The notes: generated by a model from the sequence alone, not told the origin. DNA of 39,305 bases from Eledone cirrhosa (GCA_964016885.1 CAXHJY010001239.1:1-39305); one strand, 5' to 3'; positions 15,432 through 37,675 are shown, numbered from the stretch's first letter. Numbers and translations are program-made.

Positions 15432-17834
15432 ATGGATTATTACAACATAACCAATTCTACTAAAGACATTCCTATACCTGGTAAATCTGAATTCACCAAA
15501 CTTCTTATTGAAAAAACTGACTCCTTCGTAAGAAGACTTAGATGGACAGCCTATTTCTATGACCAGCGCCTAAAAGGGAACTTTCATACCAAAGAACACA
15601 ACTTCCTCGATCATCTTTTTAATTCCAGACGAAATCCTCCTTCCAACAAAAATCTAGCACAATTCGAGGAAGAATTAACTAAAATTATAAAAAATCTTAA
15701 ATTCAAGAGATACCCTTACAAAGGACAAGAGCACCTTGTAAATCTCAAGAACACAATCTCTAACCTAAATTCCTCAAAAAATGTTTTAGTCCACTCTGAC
15801 AAAACCAATAACCTATATGGTATTTCCAAGGATAATTATAACAACCTTATCCTAAAGGAACTTAGGAAAAAGTATCGTAAAACCAACCATGAAAATTTAG
15901 AATGCATAAACCTTGAAGCCTATGAGATTATGTCAAAACTTGGCATTGAAAAAAAGACCGAACCATTCCTCCCAAGAACTCCGAGGATAAATCTCAAGGA
16001 TCACAAAAACAATTTTCGCACTGAACTACCTGTTAGATTAATCGCCCCCTCTAAATCTGATCTGGGGGTTGTTAGTAAAGCCATCTTGGATAGGATTATC
16101 CCACAGGTTAGTTCTAATTGCTCTCCTTTAAACCTAAATTTATGGTTTGGTACTTCTGAAGTGATTGGCTGGTTCAACAAATTGGATAATAAAAACAAAC
16201 TAAAATTTATTCAATTCGATATTGCCAGCTACTATTCCTCCATTTCGCCTTCACTTCTCAATAATGCTCTATCTTTCGCACTTAAATATTCTGACATCAC
16301 CACAGATGAACTTCACATCATCCTCACCGCACGTAAAACCATCCTAGAGTTCAACAACGAATATTGGACCAGAGCCGATACCTCTAACAACTTCGACATC
16401 ACAATGGGAGCATCCGATTCATCCCAATTGACTGATTTAATTGGTATCTTCATTTTGAACTCTTTGAGTCGGAAAATTCCTCAACTTCGCGGTGGAATTT
16501 ATCGTGACGATGGACTCTTTACTATCCTAAATTGCAATATAGTTAAACTTAATATTATTAAGAACAATATACGTAATCTCTTTAACCAACATAACCTAAA
16601 AATTGAATTTGATAATAGTACCAAACTAGCTAATTTCTTGGATGTATCTCTTAATCTTGACACTGGCCTATATTACCCTTACCATAAAAACAATGAGAAT
16701 CTTAATTATGTTAACTTTAAATCTAACCATCCTACCAATATCAAGAATGCTATAGTTAATAATATTGGAAATAGAATATCTAACATATCTTCTAATAAAA
16801 ACATCTTTGATGCTAACGCCAATTACTATAATAACGCACTTTCTAAAGCTGGCTATCCAGATAAAATCAAATATAATAAAGAAACAAATTCTAGGAAAAC
16901 TTACAGTAGAATATTTAATCATAACCATTCCAATAATTTTAATAAAAGACCTAGATACAAAAACATAATCTGGTATAATGCTCCTTTCTCCATCTCTATT
17001 AATAACAATATTCCTAAATTATTTTTTAGTGCCTTAAATAAATGCTTCCCTCCCTCACATATCTATAGTAAAATATTTAACAAACACACCATTAAATTTT
17101 CGTATTCGACATCCTCCAATATTTCCAACATCATTTCTAAACACAACAACAAAATATTAAATACTAAATCTCTTCCTTCCAATATTGAATCTCATAATAA
17201 CAATAATAGTACTCCTGACGTCATTGTAAACCCTAGGCTAACTTCTGTAAACCCAAATACAACGTCAAACACAACTTCGCTAAATGTTCATAATCCAACT
17301 CTAAATCAAGAAACTATTATTCCTATTATTCCTATCGCAAACAACTTCTCCAATCCAATTCCTTCTATAGATAACACTAGATCACTCATTAATAATCTCT
17401 CTAATTGCAACTGCCGCATTAAAAATAAATGTCCTCTCAACAACCATTGCCTCGATAAAAACTTAATTTATGAATGTAAAATTATAACTAGCACCAACTC
17501 CTTCACCTATTTTGGCTCCACTTCCACCTCTTTTAAAGCTCGTCTCTATAATCATCATTCATCTTTCAAATACAAACTTAAAAGAACTAACACTGCTCTC
17601 TCAGAACTCATATGGTCCTTAAAAGACAAAAACATTAAATATAACATCTTTTGGAAAAAGATTTCTTCTGCATCCTCGTACTTGAACAGTTCTCTATCTA
17701 AAATCTGTAATCTCTGCCTAAATGAAAAATTTACCATTATCTCTAACCTAGAATCCATAATAAATAGACGCTCGGATTTGTTTTCCATCTGCCTTCATAA
17801 ATTCCATAGAACTTTTCACAAAGTATACAGTTAA
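15432..17834 (+). CDS. PLE reverse transcriptase + GIY-YIG endonuclease (about 800 aa)
   Basis: Open frame 15372-17834. ATG 15432 aligns with the element A start (alternative ATG 15405). Motifs SDKT, QFDI, TMG, YRDDG, FLD, CNCR..CPL..C, LIY..YFG, CNLC, IINRRSD. Confidence 0.93.
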   Translation: MDYYNITNSTKDIPIPGKSEFTKLLIEKTDSFVRRLRWTAYFYDQRLKGNFHTKEHNFLDHLFNSRRNPPSNKNLAQFEEELTKIIKNLKFKRYPYKGQEHLVNLKNTISNLNSSKNVLVHSDKTNNLYGISKDNYNNLILKELRKKYRKTNHENLECINLEAYEIMSKLGIEKKTEPFLPRTPRINLKDHKNNFRTELPVRLIAPSKSDLGVVSKAILDRIIPQVSSNCSPLNLNLWFGTSEVIGWFNKLDNKNKLKFIQFDIASYYSSISPSLLNNALSFALKYSDITTDELHIILTARKTILEFNNEYWTRADTSNNFDITMGASDSSQLTDLIGIFILNSLSRKIPQLRGGIYRDDGLFTILNCNIVKLNIIKNNIRNLFNQHNLKIEFDNSTKLANFLDVSLNLDTGLYYPYHKNNENLNYVNFKSNHPTNIKNAIVNNIGNRISNISSNKNIFDANANYYNNALSKAGYPDKIKYNKETNSRKTYSRIFNHNHSNNFNKRPRYKNIIWYNAPFSISINNNIPKLFFSALNKCFPPSHIYSKIFNKHTIKFSYSTSSNISNIISKHNNKILNTKSLPSNIESHNNNNSTPDVIVNPRLTSVNPNTTSNTTSLNVHNPTLNQETIIPIIPIANNFSNPIPSIDNTRSLINNLSNCNCRIKNKCPLNNHCLDKNLIYECKIITSTNSFTYFGSTSTSFKARLYNHHSSFKYKLKRTNTALSELIWSLKDKNIKYNIFWKKISSASSYLNSSLSKICNLCLNEKFTIISNLESIINRRSDLFSICLHKFHRTFHKVYS

Positions 17835-17889
17835 TATTCAATTCTTTATCAATTTAGAATTTTTTCTCAAAGGCACATATACATACACC

Positions 17890-18960
17890 TCTTTAAAATA
17901 TACCCATCTACCTTACTTTAAAGGGCATTATACACTCTATAGTACTCGTTTATTCATTTACCTCATCCTATCTTCTCGTAAAACAATAACATTTGTTTTT
18001 GACATTTTGAATATTCATCCGCAATCATTATTATTTTTTTCCCTCTATCATAAATCTTTTTAATCTCAATTTCATCCTTAATTTATTATTATATATATTT
18101 TTTTAATATATACTCATATATTCTTTAAAATATACCCATCTACCTTACTTTAAAGGGCATTATACACTCTATAATACCCGTTTACTCATCACCCTCATTA
18201 TATCTCTTCGTAAAACAATAACATTTGTTTTTGACATTTTGAGTATTCATCCGCAATCATTATTATTTTTTCTCTCTATCATAAATCTTTTTAATCTCAA
18301 TTTCATCCTTAATTTATTATTATTATTATTTTTTTCTCCCCATCAACAAACTCATTATTAATACATATGAATTCAATATAAATTTTTCTCAAATCCTATA
18401 CATAAACATTTTCTCTTTGCTAATTTTAAGATTCCTACATTTCTCCTTTTGAATATTCACCCACAATTATTATTTTTTTCTCTCTATCTCCATACATAAT
18501 CTCCCTTCGTTATTTTTTTCTCTCTATCTCCATACATAATTTCCCTTCGTTAATTTTCAAATTCCTTTAATTTATACATTATCTTCCAACGGTTCCCAAC
18601 CTCTCTATATTAAAACATTATATCTTTTTCTCAGTTATAAAAACTATCTCTTTCTCTCTATCACCCATCTCTCCCTTTCCACCTTCACTCTCATCTCCTC
18701 CCCTTTTTTTCATCCTTTCCACCCCCACCCCTCCCTAAATATAATATATTTTTTCCTCGCACATATCCTCCCTTCGTTAATTTTCAAAATTTTTAATTTA
18801 TACAGTATCTTCCAACGGTTTTCAACCCCTCTATATAATATATATCTCCTCTCTGTTATAAAAACTATCTCTTTCTCTCTATCACCCATCTCTCCCTCTC
18901 ATCTCCTTCCCTTTTCATCCTTTTCTCTCCCCCCCTCTCTAAATAAAATATTTTTCCCAA
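17890..18960 (+). repeat. Internal tandem duplications in the element B 3'UTR
   Basis: About 230-bp repeat (from about 17890 and 18122), 39-bp repeat (18470-18550) and about 220-bp imperfect repeat (from about 18590 and 18810). Confidence 0.8.
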
Positions 18961-19053
18961 TATCACACATCAATCTAAAACCACTTTTCATATGTTGATT
19001 TAAAACTGCACTATCAACAAGTGTTTTTTTAGCCTTCATATCATGTTCTCCTG

Positions 19054-19120
19054 TTTTATCTGATGAAAACACAAATATTATTGTTTGATGATGTTTGTTT
19101 TTGAAATGCGCATAATAAAA
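19054..19120 (+). ncRNA. Type I HHR (family B, 3' pLTR)
   Basis: Same as 15159-15225, offset 3895. Confidence 0.8.
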
Positions 19121-19248
19121 TATATTGAACTCCTTTAACCATCTTTTGATCTTATATTATGCATACTCCAGTCCCACAAACTGTAGAGTGCTTCTTATCC
19201 GATATCTGCATTGCTTTATTGTACTACAATAAAACTCACCTCCTACAT

Positions 19249-20590
<1,342 letters not shown>

Positions 20591-20888
20591 CCACCTTCAC
20601 CCCTCCCCGCTCGGACACCCCGTCTCCCTCTCCCCACTCCACCCGCCAGCACCCCTACTCACCCCACACCCTTCCACCACCTGTTTACCCCCTTTTAATT
20701 TCAGTTTATTTTGATCATGCCTTTATTTTTAAATTTTCTCATTCCTTGTATTTTGATCATGCTTTATTTTTATATTTTATATATTTTTTGTCTTTATTTG
20801 TTAATTTTTCATTCGCACCGTTTCCTTTCGCTATATGTCTCTCCACCACTCCCCTACACACCTTTTGAACTCTGTTCCCACACACTTC

Positions 20889-20962
20889 TCACCTGAAGAA
20901 GGGCTTATGCCCGAAACGTCGTCCCCCACCTACCCCCACTCTCCTGAGCGTGAATTTAATAA
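20889..20962 (+). ncRNA. Degenerate HHR-like motif in a probable PLE 3'-end fragment (about 20590-21012)
   Basis: TCAC-CTGAAGA-a-GGGC-ttat-GCCC-GAAACGTC, then GTGA and AATAAA. Stems I and III cannot be closed cleanly. Confidence 0.5.
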
Positions 20963-21079
20963 ACATTTATTGTACTGCCTCTCTTTTCTGTCCCTGTTCA
21001 AATTTTTCATTATATATACATATATATATATATTCATATATATATATATACATATACAGACATATATATATATATATAC

Positions 21080-21127
<48 letters not shown>

Positions 21128-21176
21128 TATATTTATATATATTAAAAATATAAATTATATATATATATATATATAT

Positions 21177-21620
21177 AGGAACGAGTAGGACCCCGACGGC
21201 TGAGCTCAAGCTGTTTCGATGGCTAATTTTGGACTAAATGAAAATTGTTATCCTGGTATATGAATAGCCGAGCTTCTCAGGGGGTAATTCCATATATGTT
21301 AAAAGTGATTGTCACAAGGATTGGTAAAAAGTTTGTTGTTGAGACATAATAATTCTATCATGCCAATTTGTGGAGGGAAGGGGTAGCTGAACCTGCCAGT
21401 AGAAGAATGAGAGAGAGGGGGTGGAGGAAACCCAGTCGTGCTTTGATAGTGCCAACTACAACTGGGCAGGAGGTCATAGAAGATACTAGGGAGGGGGAGG
21501 GGGAGGAAGTCGAAACAATAAGTAAAACAATATAGGGTAAATATATAGAAAAATATCGAGAATGTTAAAAAACATTTAATTGTTTTTTAACACTCGCTAT
21601 CTTTCTATATATTTACCCCA
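21177..21620 (-). mobile_element. Family D 3'-end fragment with HHR (21178-21291) and a short fold-back (21535-21620)
   Basis: Homologous to 9140-9500 and 24361-24764. Core reads CTGAGAA (C3-A8 mismatch). Confidence 0.8.
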
Positions 21621-21626
21621 TTTTGA

Positions 21627-22738
21627 CTCAAAAGGGCCACCCCTTATCAAGATAATAGATATGAATGTAGATTATGTTCCCAGGAACCTTTTGAAATAAT
21701 AAATCTAAGAATATCCTATTAAATAAACGACAGGAATTAATCATATCATGTAAGCATAAATTGAGGAGAACTTTTAAATATTATAAACCTAATTAATATA
21801 CACTTTAGAAATAATTATAACATTTTTTTAAAAAAAATTAGTTAACCTATAATTAATATTCTACTACTAATGAACTGCATAATCTTAAGTCCCTTTTACA
21901 GCTATCTTTTCCTAAAATGTATACAAATAAGTATACATATAAACTATTTTAATTTCAGATTATGATTCTATATTCCTTATAATCTATATAAATTTGTTAT
22001 TTCTCATTAATAAATTTACCCCCCCCCCTCCCAATGATAATAATTATTTTTTTATTTTCCCTTCGCTTTTAACAGCACTCTTCAATTACATGTAACTCTT
22101 ATTTATCATATCTATATGAATTAATATAAATTTATGAATATAAATATACCTGTCAATTTAATTAATTTATTTTCTTTTTATAGATGTAAATTCCCTATAT
22201 TTTAAACTTGATTGATATTTTTAACTAACACATTTATCGTAAAACGTTATTCTCCTTAGACATTTACATTAGCATTATTCTTTTATAACATCAATTTTTC
22301 ATGTACTAATTTTTCATGTACTAATTTTTCATGTACTAATTTTTCATCCCTAAAATAATCTTTTCATTCATCATACTCTTTCCATTCAAAACTGAATTCT
22401 GCTTTCCTCTACCCCTAAATTAAAGTTCTATTACTACTATTCTACCATCTTGAGCACTTACTACCTTTCTATTGGTCAATTCAAAACCTGTTCCCAAACA
22501 GACTTATTATATTAAATTTTTTTTTTTTTTTTTCAATAAACAAATATCACTATTTCTGAAGACATCATATATATGTATGTATGTATGCAAATTCCCTCTG
22601 ATAGTTTGTAAAAAATGTTACATAGATCTATATGATATACATACCAACACAAACATATATATCCTAGAAACGATCGTAAAATGATGAATTTATTAATATA
22701 AGGAGCTGCTTCTTGGTTTTTATTCTTTATTTTTATTA

Positions 22739-22743
<5 letters not shown>
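21627..22743 (+). mobile_element. 5'-truncated relative of element A (subfamily A2): EN C-terminus 21627-21796, different 3'UTR, diverged pLTR
   Basis: Encodes LKRATPYQDNRYECRLCSQE..LLNKRQELIISCKHK..FKYYKPN* with a frameshift. pLTR homology from about 22470. Confidence 0.85.
22547..22687 (+). ncRNA. Type I HHR with long stem II (subfamily A2)
   Basis: TCACTATTT-CTGAAGA-about 104 nt-GAAACGATCGTA-AAATGATGA; GUA triplet. Confidence 0.65.
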
Positions 22744-22783
<40 letters not shown>

Positions 22784-22836
22784 GATTTTGAGTTTATGTT
22801 GGTTGTATACCAACACCTCAGTATGCAGGCTGGAGC

Positions 22837-22876
22837 ACTCGACGAAGTGCGCAGGTTGGTTTGGTAACTCCGGAGT
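22837..22876 (-). ncRNA. Bulged hairpin 1 of family E
   Basis: Minus strand ACTC-CGGAGT-loop-ACTTCG-TC-GAGT. Confidence 0.65.
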
Positions 22877-22930
22877 AGTGTAAAATAAAGTTAAATAAAG
22901 TCAAATGATTAAAATTTAGCTTCGTTTATT

Positions 22931-22985
22931 ACTGCTATATATATTTCAGTGACAGACATATTTGGCTGTGACCTCTTCAGGCAGT
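22931..22985 (-). ncRNA. Type I HHR (family E, intact core)
   Basis: ACTGC-CTGAAGA-stem II-GAA-ATATATAT-A-GCAGT, then AATAAA. Confidence 0.8.
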
Positions 22986-23185
22986 TTGAATTAATATGGT
23001 ATAGACAAGTACATATGTTGTTTAGGTGTATGATATTGTCAATACTCTGATATGCCCAGTTCCTTGTTGGGTTGTTAATTCACTGGGGTACCGGAGTTCC
23101 CCAGTGAATTAACAACCCAACAAGGAACTGGACAATATCATACACCTAAACAACATATGTACTTCTCTATACCATACTAATTCAA

Positions 23186-23240
23186 ACTGCCTGAAGAGGT
23201 CACAGCCAAAGATGGCTGTCACTGAAATATATAGAGCAGT
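23186..23240 (+). ncRNA. Type I HHR (family E, U16.1>G, probably inactive)
   Basis: ACTGC-CTGAAGA-GGTcACAGCCA/TGGCTGTcACT-GAAATATATAGA-GCAGT, then AATAAA. Confidence 0.7.
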
Positions 23241-23297
23241 AATAAACGAAGCTAAATTTTAATCATTTGACTTTTATTTAACTTTATTTTATATATA

Positions 23298-23450
<153 letters not shown>

Positions 23451-23609
23451 TTCGTGCTCTGAAATAGCGATGTATACATGAATGTATATATAGTATATTT
23501 GGCAACATACTGGATGCTTAATTAAAAATATTTTGAAGACCTTGCGCTATTACTTTAATGTAGTGACTATGTCATTTACTTCTTTTTTCAACAAACATAT
23601 ACATATACA

Positions 23610-23697
<88 letters not shown>

Positions 23698-23705
23698 CAT
23701 ATATA

Positions 23706-23847
<142 letters not shown>

Positions 23848-24360
23848 TATAATTAGAAGTATATATATATATATATGATTATATATGTATATAATAAATA
23901 TATATTATATATATATTATATATATTATTTTCCGTATGAAACTTTACATATACTTCGTACGAGCATTTATGTAGTTTGCACTAGAATTTTTGTATCGTGG
24001 CAGCACCCTTAGAGATAGTATTAGTTTTCTTTTTCGGAATTCTGAATTATTATTTCGTATTAGTTTATTTATTTTTGTTTGCACTAGGTGTTTGCTGGCC
24101 TTGTGCCTTGGGTAGCATCCTTTATTTCGTACTGGTCTCGGGACTCTGAATGATTATTTCGTGGTAGTTTCTTTAGTATTTTGGCCCCCCACTTGTTGAC
24201 CCGTCACCGTAGGATATATTCGGTTGTTTACGTATACCTCTTAAAAGGGTCTCATTATAATTCCGTCCCACCTAGTAAACCTTTCTTTAGTCTAGCAGTA
24301 CCAGTGAGAGACATGATAGCTGTCCTTGGGATATAGTAACCAGAATTTTTTTTTTTTTTT

Positions 24361-24946
<586 letters not shown>

Positions 24947-24955
24947 CATATATAA

Positions 24956-25024
<69 letters not shown>

Positions 25025-25107
25025 CAAATACACATACACACACAAACATACATACATACACATATACATACACACATATATATAAACATATATACATATA
25101 CATATAC

Positions 25108-25140
<33 letters not shown>

Positions 25141-25329
25141 TACACATACACACATACACACATACACATATACATACAAATATATACATACATATATACA
25201 TATATATATACATACATATATACATATACACATATATATACACATATATACACACACGCACACATATACACATGTACATACATATATATATACACATATA
25301 CATATACATACACAGACATATACATATAT

Positions 25330-25679
25330 AAAAAAACTTACATCGGCATGAACTCCAACAACTTTAAGGCCCGTTGGTATGCCCATACCCACTCCTTCAG
25401 CAGACCGGACAAATCAAACCAGACAACACCCGCCTCCTACGTTTGGGACCTCAAAAGGAACTCCCCCCCCCCTTCAGGCTTAAACGGAAAATACTCCAGA
25501 AAGCGCGCTCTTACAACGGAGGACACAAGGGCTGCGACCTTTGTATTTCAGAGAGCTACGAAATTTTATTCGCCAAGGGCACGCTACTGAACAAACTCTC
25601 TGAACACTGCCCGAACTGCATGCACAAAAACTTTGCAACATTCAAACATTTTAAGCCAGTGTTAAAACCCGATGGCTAA
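25330..25679 (+). pseudogene. GIY-YIG C-terminal fragment, PLE family C (frameshift in the C run near 25470)
   Basis: TYIG..FKARW..H..SF, CDLC..E, LLNK, C.HK, split over two frames. Confidence 0.85.
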
Positions 25680-25945
25680 AAACGACCTCCTCCTATTGGC
25701 CCCTATACCTCCTCCCCACCCTACCCCACCCCTCCTCAACCTGAAATACGGCCACTATGGTTATGTGAGTACCTCTTACGTATCTACATTTTCTGCCTGT
25801 AGAGGTGTTTTTATGTGCCTGCGTATATGCGTATATTTATTGAGTACTTATTTATTTGTATGTGTATATATTTGTGTGTATGTGTGTATATGTATATATG
25901 TGTATATATGTGTGTATATATATGTATATATGTGTGTATATGTGT

Positions 25946-25985
<40 letters not shown>

Positions 25986-26042
25986 ATATGTATGTATATG
26001 TATGTATGTATGTGTGTGTATATGTATATATATATATGTATA

Positions 26043-26079
<37 letters not shown>

Positions 26080-26090
26080 GTATATATATG

Positions 26091-26121
<31 letters not shown>

Positions 26122-26260
26122 GTATGTATATGTATATATATGTATATATATATATGTATATATGTGTGTGTGAGTGTATATATATGTGTGTGTGTGCATG
26201 TGTATATATATATATACATATACATATATATGTGTGTGTATGTGTGTAGGCGTGTATATA

Positions 26261-26341
<81 letters not shown>

Positions 26342-26514
26342 GTATATATGTATATGTATGTATGTATGTATGTGTGTATGTATGTGTGTGTATATATATG
26401 TATATATATATGTGTATATGTATAGATGTATGTATGTATGTGTGTATGTATGTGTGTGTATATATATAGAGAGAGAGATGTGTGTACGTATACGTGTGTG
26501 TGTGTGTGTGTGTA

Positions 26515-26581
<67 letters not shown>

Positions 26582-26586
26582 GTATA

Positions 26587-26619
<33 letters not shown>

Positions 26620-27026
26620 TGTCATGTCAGTTAACTCTTCCTCACACTTCCACTCACTCACTGTTTCTCCTCTTCTCACTTCACCCCGTTCGCGACGAAG
26701 TCATTTTCTCTCTCTCACATTTGAATTCGCTGCTGAAAGGTCTTTTTTCTAAGCGCTCATATATTCACCTAGCTTATGCTAACAGAATAACTATGAAGCT
26801 TGTCTCCTTCTTTCTACGATTAGCTATCCTTGTTGTTATCTTGTGTCACTCGCTTTACGCGTTTTAATTGTCCTAATAACTTAATTTAGTTATTATTGCA
26901 CCGACGTGAGGTATATGATTTTTAATGCAATGAAATATCTATGATCGTCGGCAAATCACTGATGAGGGACTTATTTTATTACATGTTATCCATGTGCAAC
27001 CAGCAGTATTCTTCTCCCCATTTTTT

Positions 27027-27030
<4 letters not shown>
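26620..27030. mobile_element. Possible solo LTR
   Basis: 411-bp unique block with TGT...ACA termini embedded in (TA)n. No coding or PBS evidence. Confidence 0.3.
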
Positions 27031-27089
<59 letters not shown>

Positions 27090-27288
27090 GTATGCATGTA
27101 TATGTGTATATATGTATTTGTATGTATGTGTATGTGTATGTATATATATATATATATATGAATATATGTATGAATGGTGTATCTCTCTCTCTATATATAT
27201 GTATATATATGTATGTATGGTGTATGTGTGTGTATATATATATGTTCTGTTTTGTTCTCGTTCAATTTTTCCTTATATATGTGTATGT

Positions 27289-27329
<41 letters not shown>

Positions 27330-27382
27330 TATATGTGTGTGTGTATGTGTGTGTGTATATATATATATATATTTTTTTTTTC

Positions 27383-27414
<32 letters not shown>

Positions 27415-27481
27415 GTATGTATGTATATATATATACACACGTATATATGTGTGTATGTGTGTGTGTGTGTGTATATGTATG

Positions 27482-27522
<41 letters not shown>

Positions 27523-27530
<8 letters not shown>

Positions 27531-27692
27531 AGATCAAAAGATGGTTAAAGGAGTTCCATATATTTTATTATGCGCATTTCAAAAACAAACATCATCAAGC
27601 AATAATATTTGTGTTTTCATCAGATAAAACAGGAGAACATGATATGAAGGCTAAAAAACACTTGTGGATAGTGCAGTTTTAAATCAACATAT
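27523..27692 (-). mobile_element. Short family B pLTR fragment with HHR (27563-27629)
   Basis: Matches 11624-11793 with a few substitutions. Same terminal junction. Confidence 0.9.
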
Positions 27693-28279
27693 CATATATA
27701 TATATATATTTGTATATATATATAAATATATTTATATGTGTGTGTGTGTTTTTATTAGGTGTGTATATGTGTATGTGTATGTGTGTTTATGGTTGCGCGC
27801 GAGTGTGTGAGTGAGTGTGTTTTGTGAATGTGTCTGTTGATTTTTGGCATATAGTTGAATAGTTTATGAGAAATTTGGAGATAATTGTAAGATATGCACT
27901 CAAGATTCTGAATTTGTCTACAGAATTCTCTAAACCTTTGTCACTTAGTAGAACCTTAATGAATTTAGCTTTTAAAGAATCTCCCTTTCCTTTAAATTTA
28001 TCTACCATGACTGACCCCCCCACTGATGCTATAGACACCTGTTAGCTTAAGAGAAACTTAATAACAAGGAATGGCTTGCCATCCTGAACCTGTTTATAGA
28101 ATTCTGTCTGCCTTTGTTACTCTAAAAACAAAAATAAATAAAAATAAACTATAGCTTTGTAGAATTAGCTTTTAATGAATTCCCTTTTCTATCAACCAAT
28201 GACCTACATCCATCCCACTCCCCACCCTCTCCTACCACTGGTAGAGACCTATAAATACCTTACTTATTTGTTGATACCC

Positions 28280-28330
28280 AGATTCCTGATGATTTCTAAA
28301 GAATGAAACAGTTCTAGTTCTGTAGAATCT
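28280..28330 (+). ncRNA. Type I HHR (family F; PLE 3' fragment about 27790-28418)
   Basis: AGATTC-CTGATGA-tTTCtaaaGAAt-GAA-ACAG..CTGT-A-GAATCT. TATAAATA at 28250 upstream, ATTAAA downstream. Confidence 0.85.
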
Positions 28331-28350
28331 CATCTATATTAAAACTTTTA

Positions 28351-28371
28351 TACTCTGCAATGTATTGAGTA
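28351..28371 (+). ncRNA. Bulged hairpin 1 of family F
   Basis: TACTC-TGC-aat-GTA-TT-GAGTA. Confidence 0.65.
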
Positions 28372-28412
28372 CCTTACTTACTGTGGGTACCTCCGATTCA
28401 ACCCGGAATAAC

Positions 28413-28479
<67 letters not shown>

Positions 28480-28980
28480 TTATTATTTTTATATTATTAT
28501 ATTATTTATCATTATAATATTAATGTTTACCTATCATATTATTTCTATGTAATGGAATTATACGTATTCATTTTATATCTGATTTTTAAGGTACTGTTTT
28601 ATTATAATACTTTGTAATATTTTATAAGTGTATATATAGTTATTATCAATACTTTATGTACTTATGTATTTATGTATATATATATATATTTGTCAACATA
28701 CTCCAGTTTTATTAAGATATTTTTTCTTGCCCTGTGTATAACTTTATATACAACTTGTTGACATTAAGTGATATGTTTGATGTAGTTCTGTATATTTTGA
28801 TGTCTATATTATTATATTATTTCTTATATAGCTCATTTTTTGTATAGTTTATTTTTTGTATAGGTTATGCGCACCGTCAGGGTGTTTTGACTTGATTTTT
28901 GATTTTATTTTATATTATAAAGAGTATATTTATACTTATTAAGTGTTAGTATGTGTTTGCGTAAATGTATATGTATATGG

Positions 28981-29012
<32 letters not shown>

Positions 29013-29259
29013 TAAGCTTTATTACCCATTATATTGTATTGTAATTCTCATATTATGTTTCCATGTTGTATTCAATGTATTTGTATCACACTGTAATTTC
29101 TATGTTGGTTGGACATTTGACTCACTTTCTTGCCATTTTTGTAACTTTCAGCTTGTATGCTTTTCCTTCATATCTCTCATAAGCTTTCATAGATATGAAT
29201 TCACTATTCTTCCGAGTTTTGGATAGTTCTGGCCGTTAATGCTTCTTATTTGTTTAATT

Positions 29260-29297
29260 GCCCTGATGAGTCCTAAATGGGACGAAACTTTGTAGGC
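29260..29297 (+). ncRNA. Minimal type I HHR (family G; PLE 3' fragment ending about 29452)
   Basis: GCC-CTGATGA-GTCCT-aaat-GGGAC-GAAAC-ttt-GTA-GGC, then AATAAA 29299-29304. Confidence 0.88.
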
Positions 29298-29352
29298 TAA
29301 TAAAGACTTTTGATGTATTGAAGGTTTCTTTGTCTATTTTAATAATTTTTCG

Positions 29353-29374
29353 ACTCTGTTGTATTACATTGAGC
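29353..29374 (+). ncRNA. Bulged hairpin 1 of family G
   Basis: aCTC-TGT-tgtatt-ACA-TT-GAGc. Confidence 0.55.
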
Positions 29375-29452
29375 TATATCGTATACTGTCATTTCTATAA
29401 TATGACGAGTCTGTTTTACTCCAACGCACTCTACTTTTTTAATTCTTACATA

Positions 29453-37030
<7,578 letters not shown>

Positions 37031-37107
37031 CAAATACACATACACACACAAACATACATACATACACATATACATACACACATATATATAAACATATATA
37101 CATATAC

Positions 37108-37138
<31 letters not shown>

Positions 37139-37327
37139 TACACATACACACATGCACATATACACATATACATACAAATATATACATACATATATACATA
37201 TATATATACATACATATATACATATACACATATATATACACATATATACACACACGCACACATATACACATGTACATACATATATATATACACATATACA
37301 TATACATACACAGACATATACATATAT

Positions 37328-37675
37328 AAAAAAACTTACATCGGCATGAACTCCAACAACTTTAAGACCCGCTGGTATGCCCATACCCACTCCTTCAGCA
37401 GACCGGACAAATCAAACCAGACAACACCCGCCTCCTACGTTTGGGACCTCAAAAGGAACTCCACCCCCTTCAGGCTTAAACGGAAAATACTCCAGAAAGC
37501 GCGCTCTTACAACGGAGGACACAAGGGCTGCGACCTTTGTATTTCAGAGAGCTACGAAATTTTATTCGCCAAGGGCACGCTACTGAACAAACTCTCTGAA
37601 CACTGCCCGAACTGCATGCACAAAAACTTTGCAACATTCAAACATTTTAAGCCAGTGTTAAAACCCGATGGCTAA
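37328..37675 (+). pseudogene. Second copy of the family C GIY-YIG fragment (in frame)
   Basis: Duplicate of 25330-25679 at offset about 11998. Confidence 0.85.

Larger units (their letters stand above)
15031..19248 (+). mobile_element. Penelope-like element B (Naiad type), apparently intact
   Basis: 323-bp direct repeats (15031-15353 and 18926-19248) with HHRs flank an uninterrupted ORF. Ends CCTACAT into (TA)n. Confidence 0.95.
22782..23292. mobile_element. Fold-back pair of PLE 3'-end fragments (family E)
   Basis: 22881-23088 pairs with 23099-23292 (several mismatches and an indel of about 15 nt). The minus arm extends about 100 nt further. Flanked by (TA)n. Confidence 0.85.

Noticed and set aside
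12993-17788. Short antisense or alternate-frame ORFs overlapping the RT genes
   Set aside because: Shadows of the main ORF that recur only because of the inverted duplication.
22293-22347. 15-bp repeat AATTTTTCATGTACT as a CRISPR-like array
   Set aside because: Simple tandem repeat without spacers, in eukaryotic TE context.
25765-25850. GAGTAC motifs in the family C 3'UTR (and TTGAGCAC at 22450) as further bulged hairpins
   Set aside because: No properly placed RCTC partner with an adjacent helix.
26900-26975. CTGATGAG and a CCGACG/CGTCGG stem as HHR or SECIS
   Set aside because: No downstream GAAA with stem II, and the SECIS quartet geometry does not fit.
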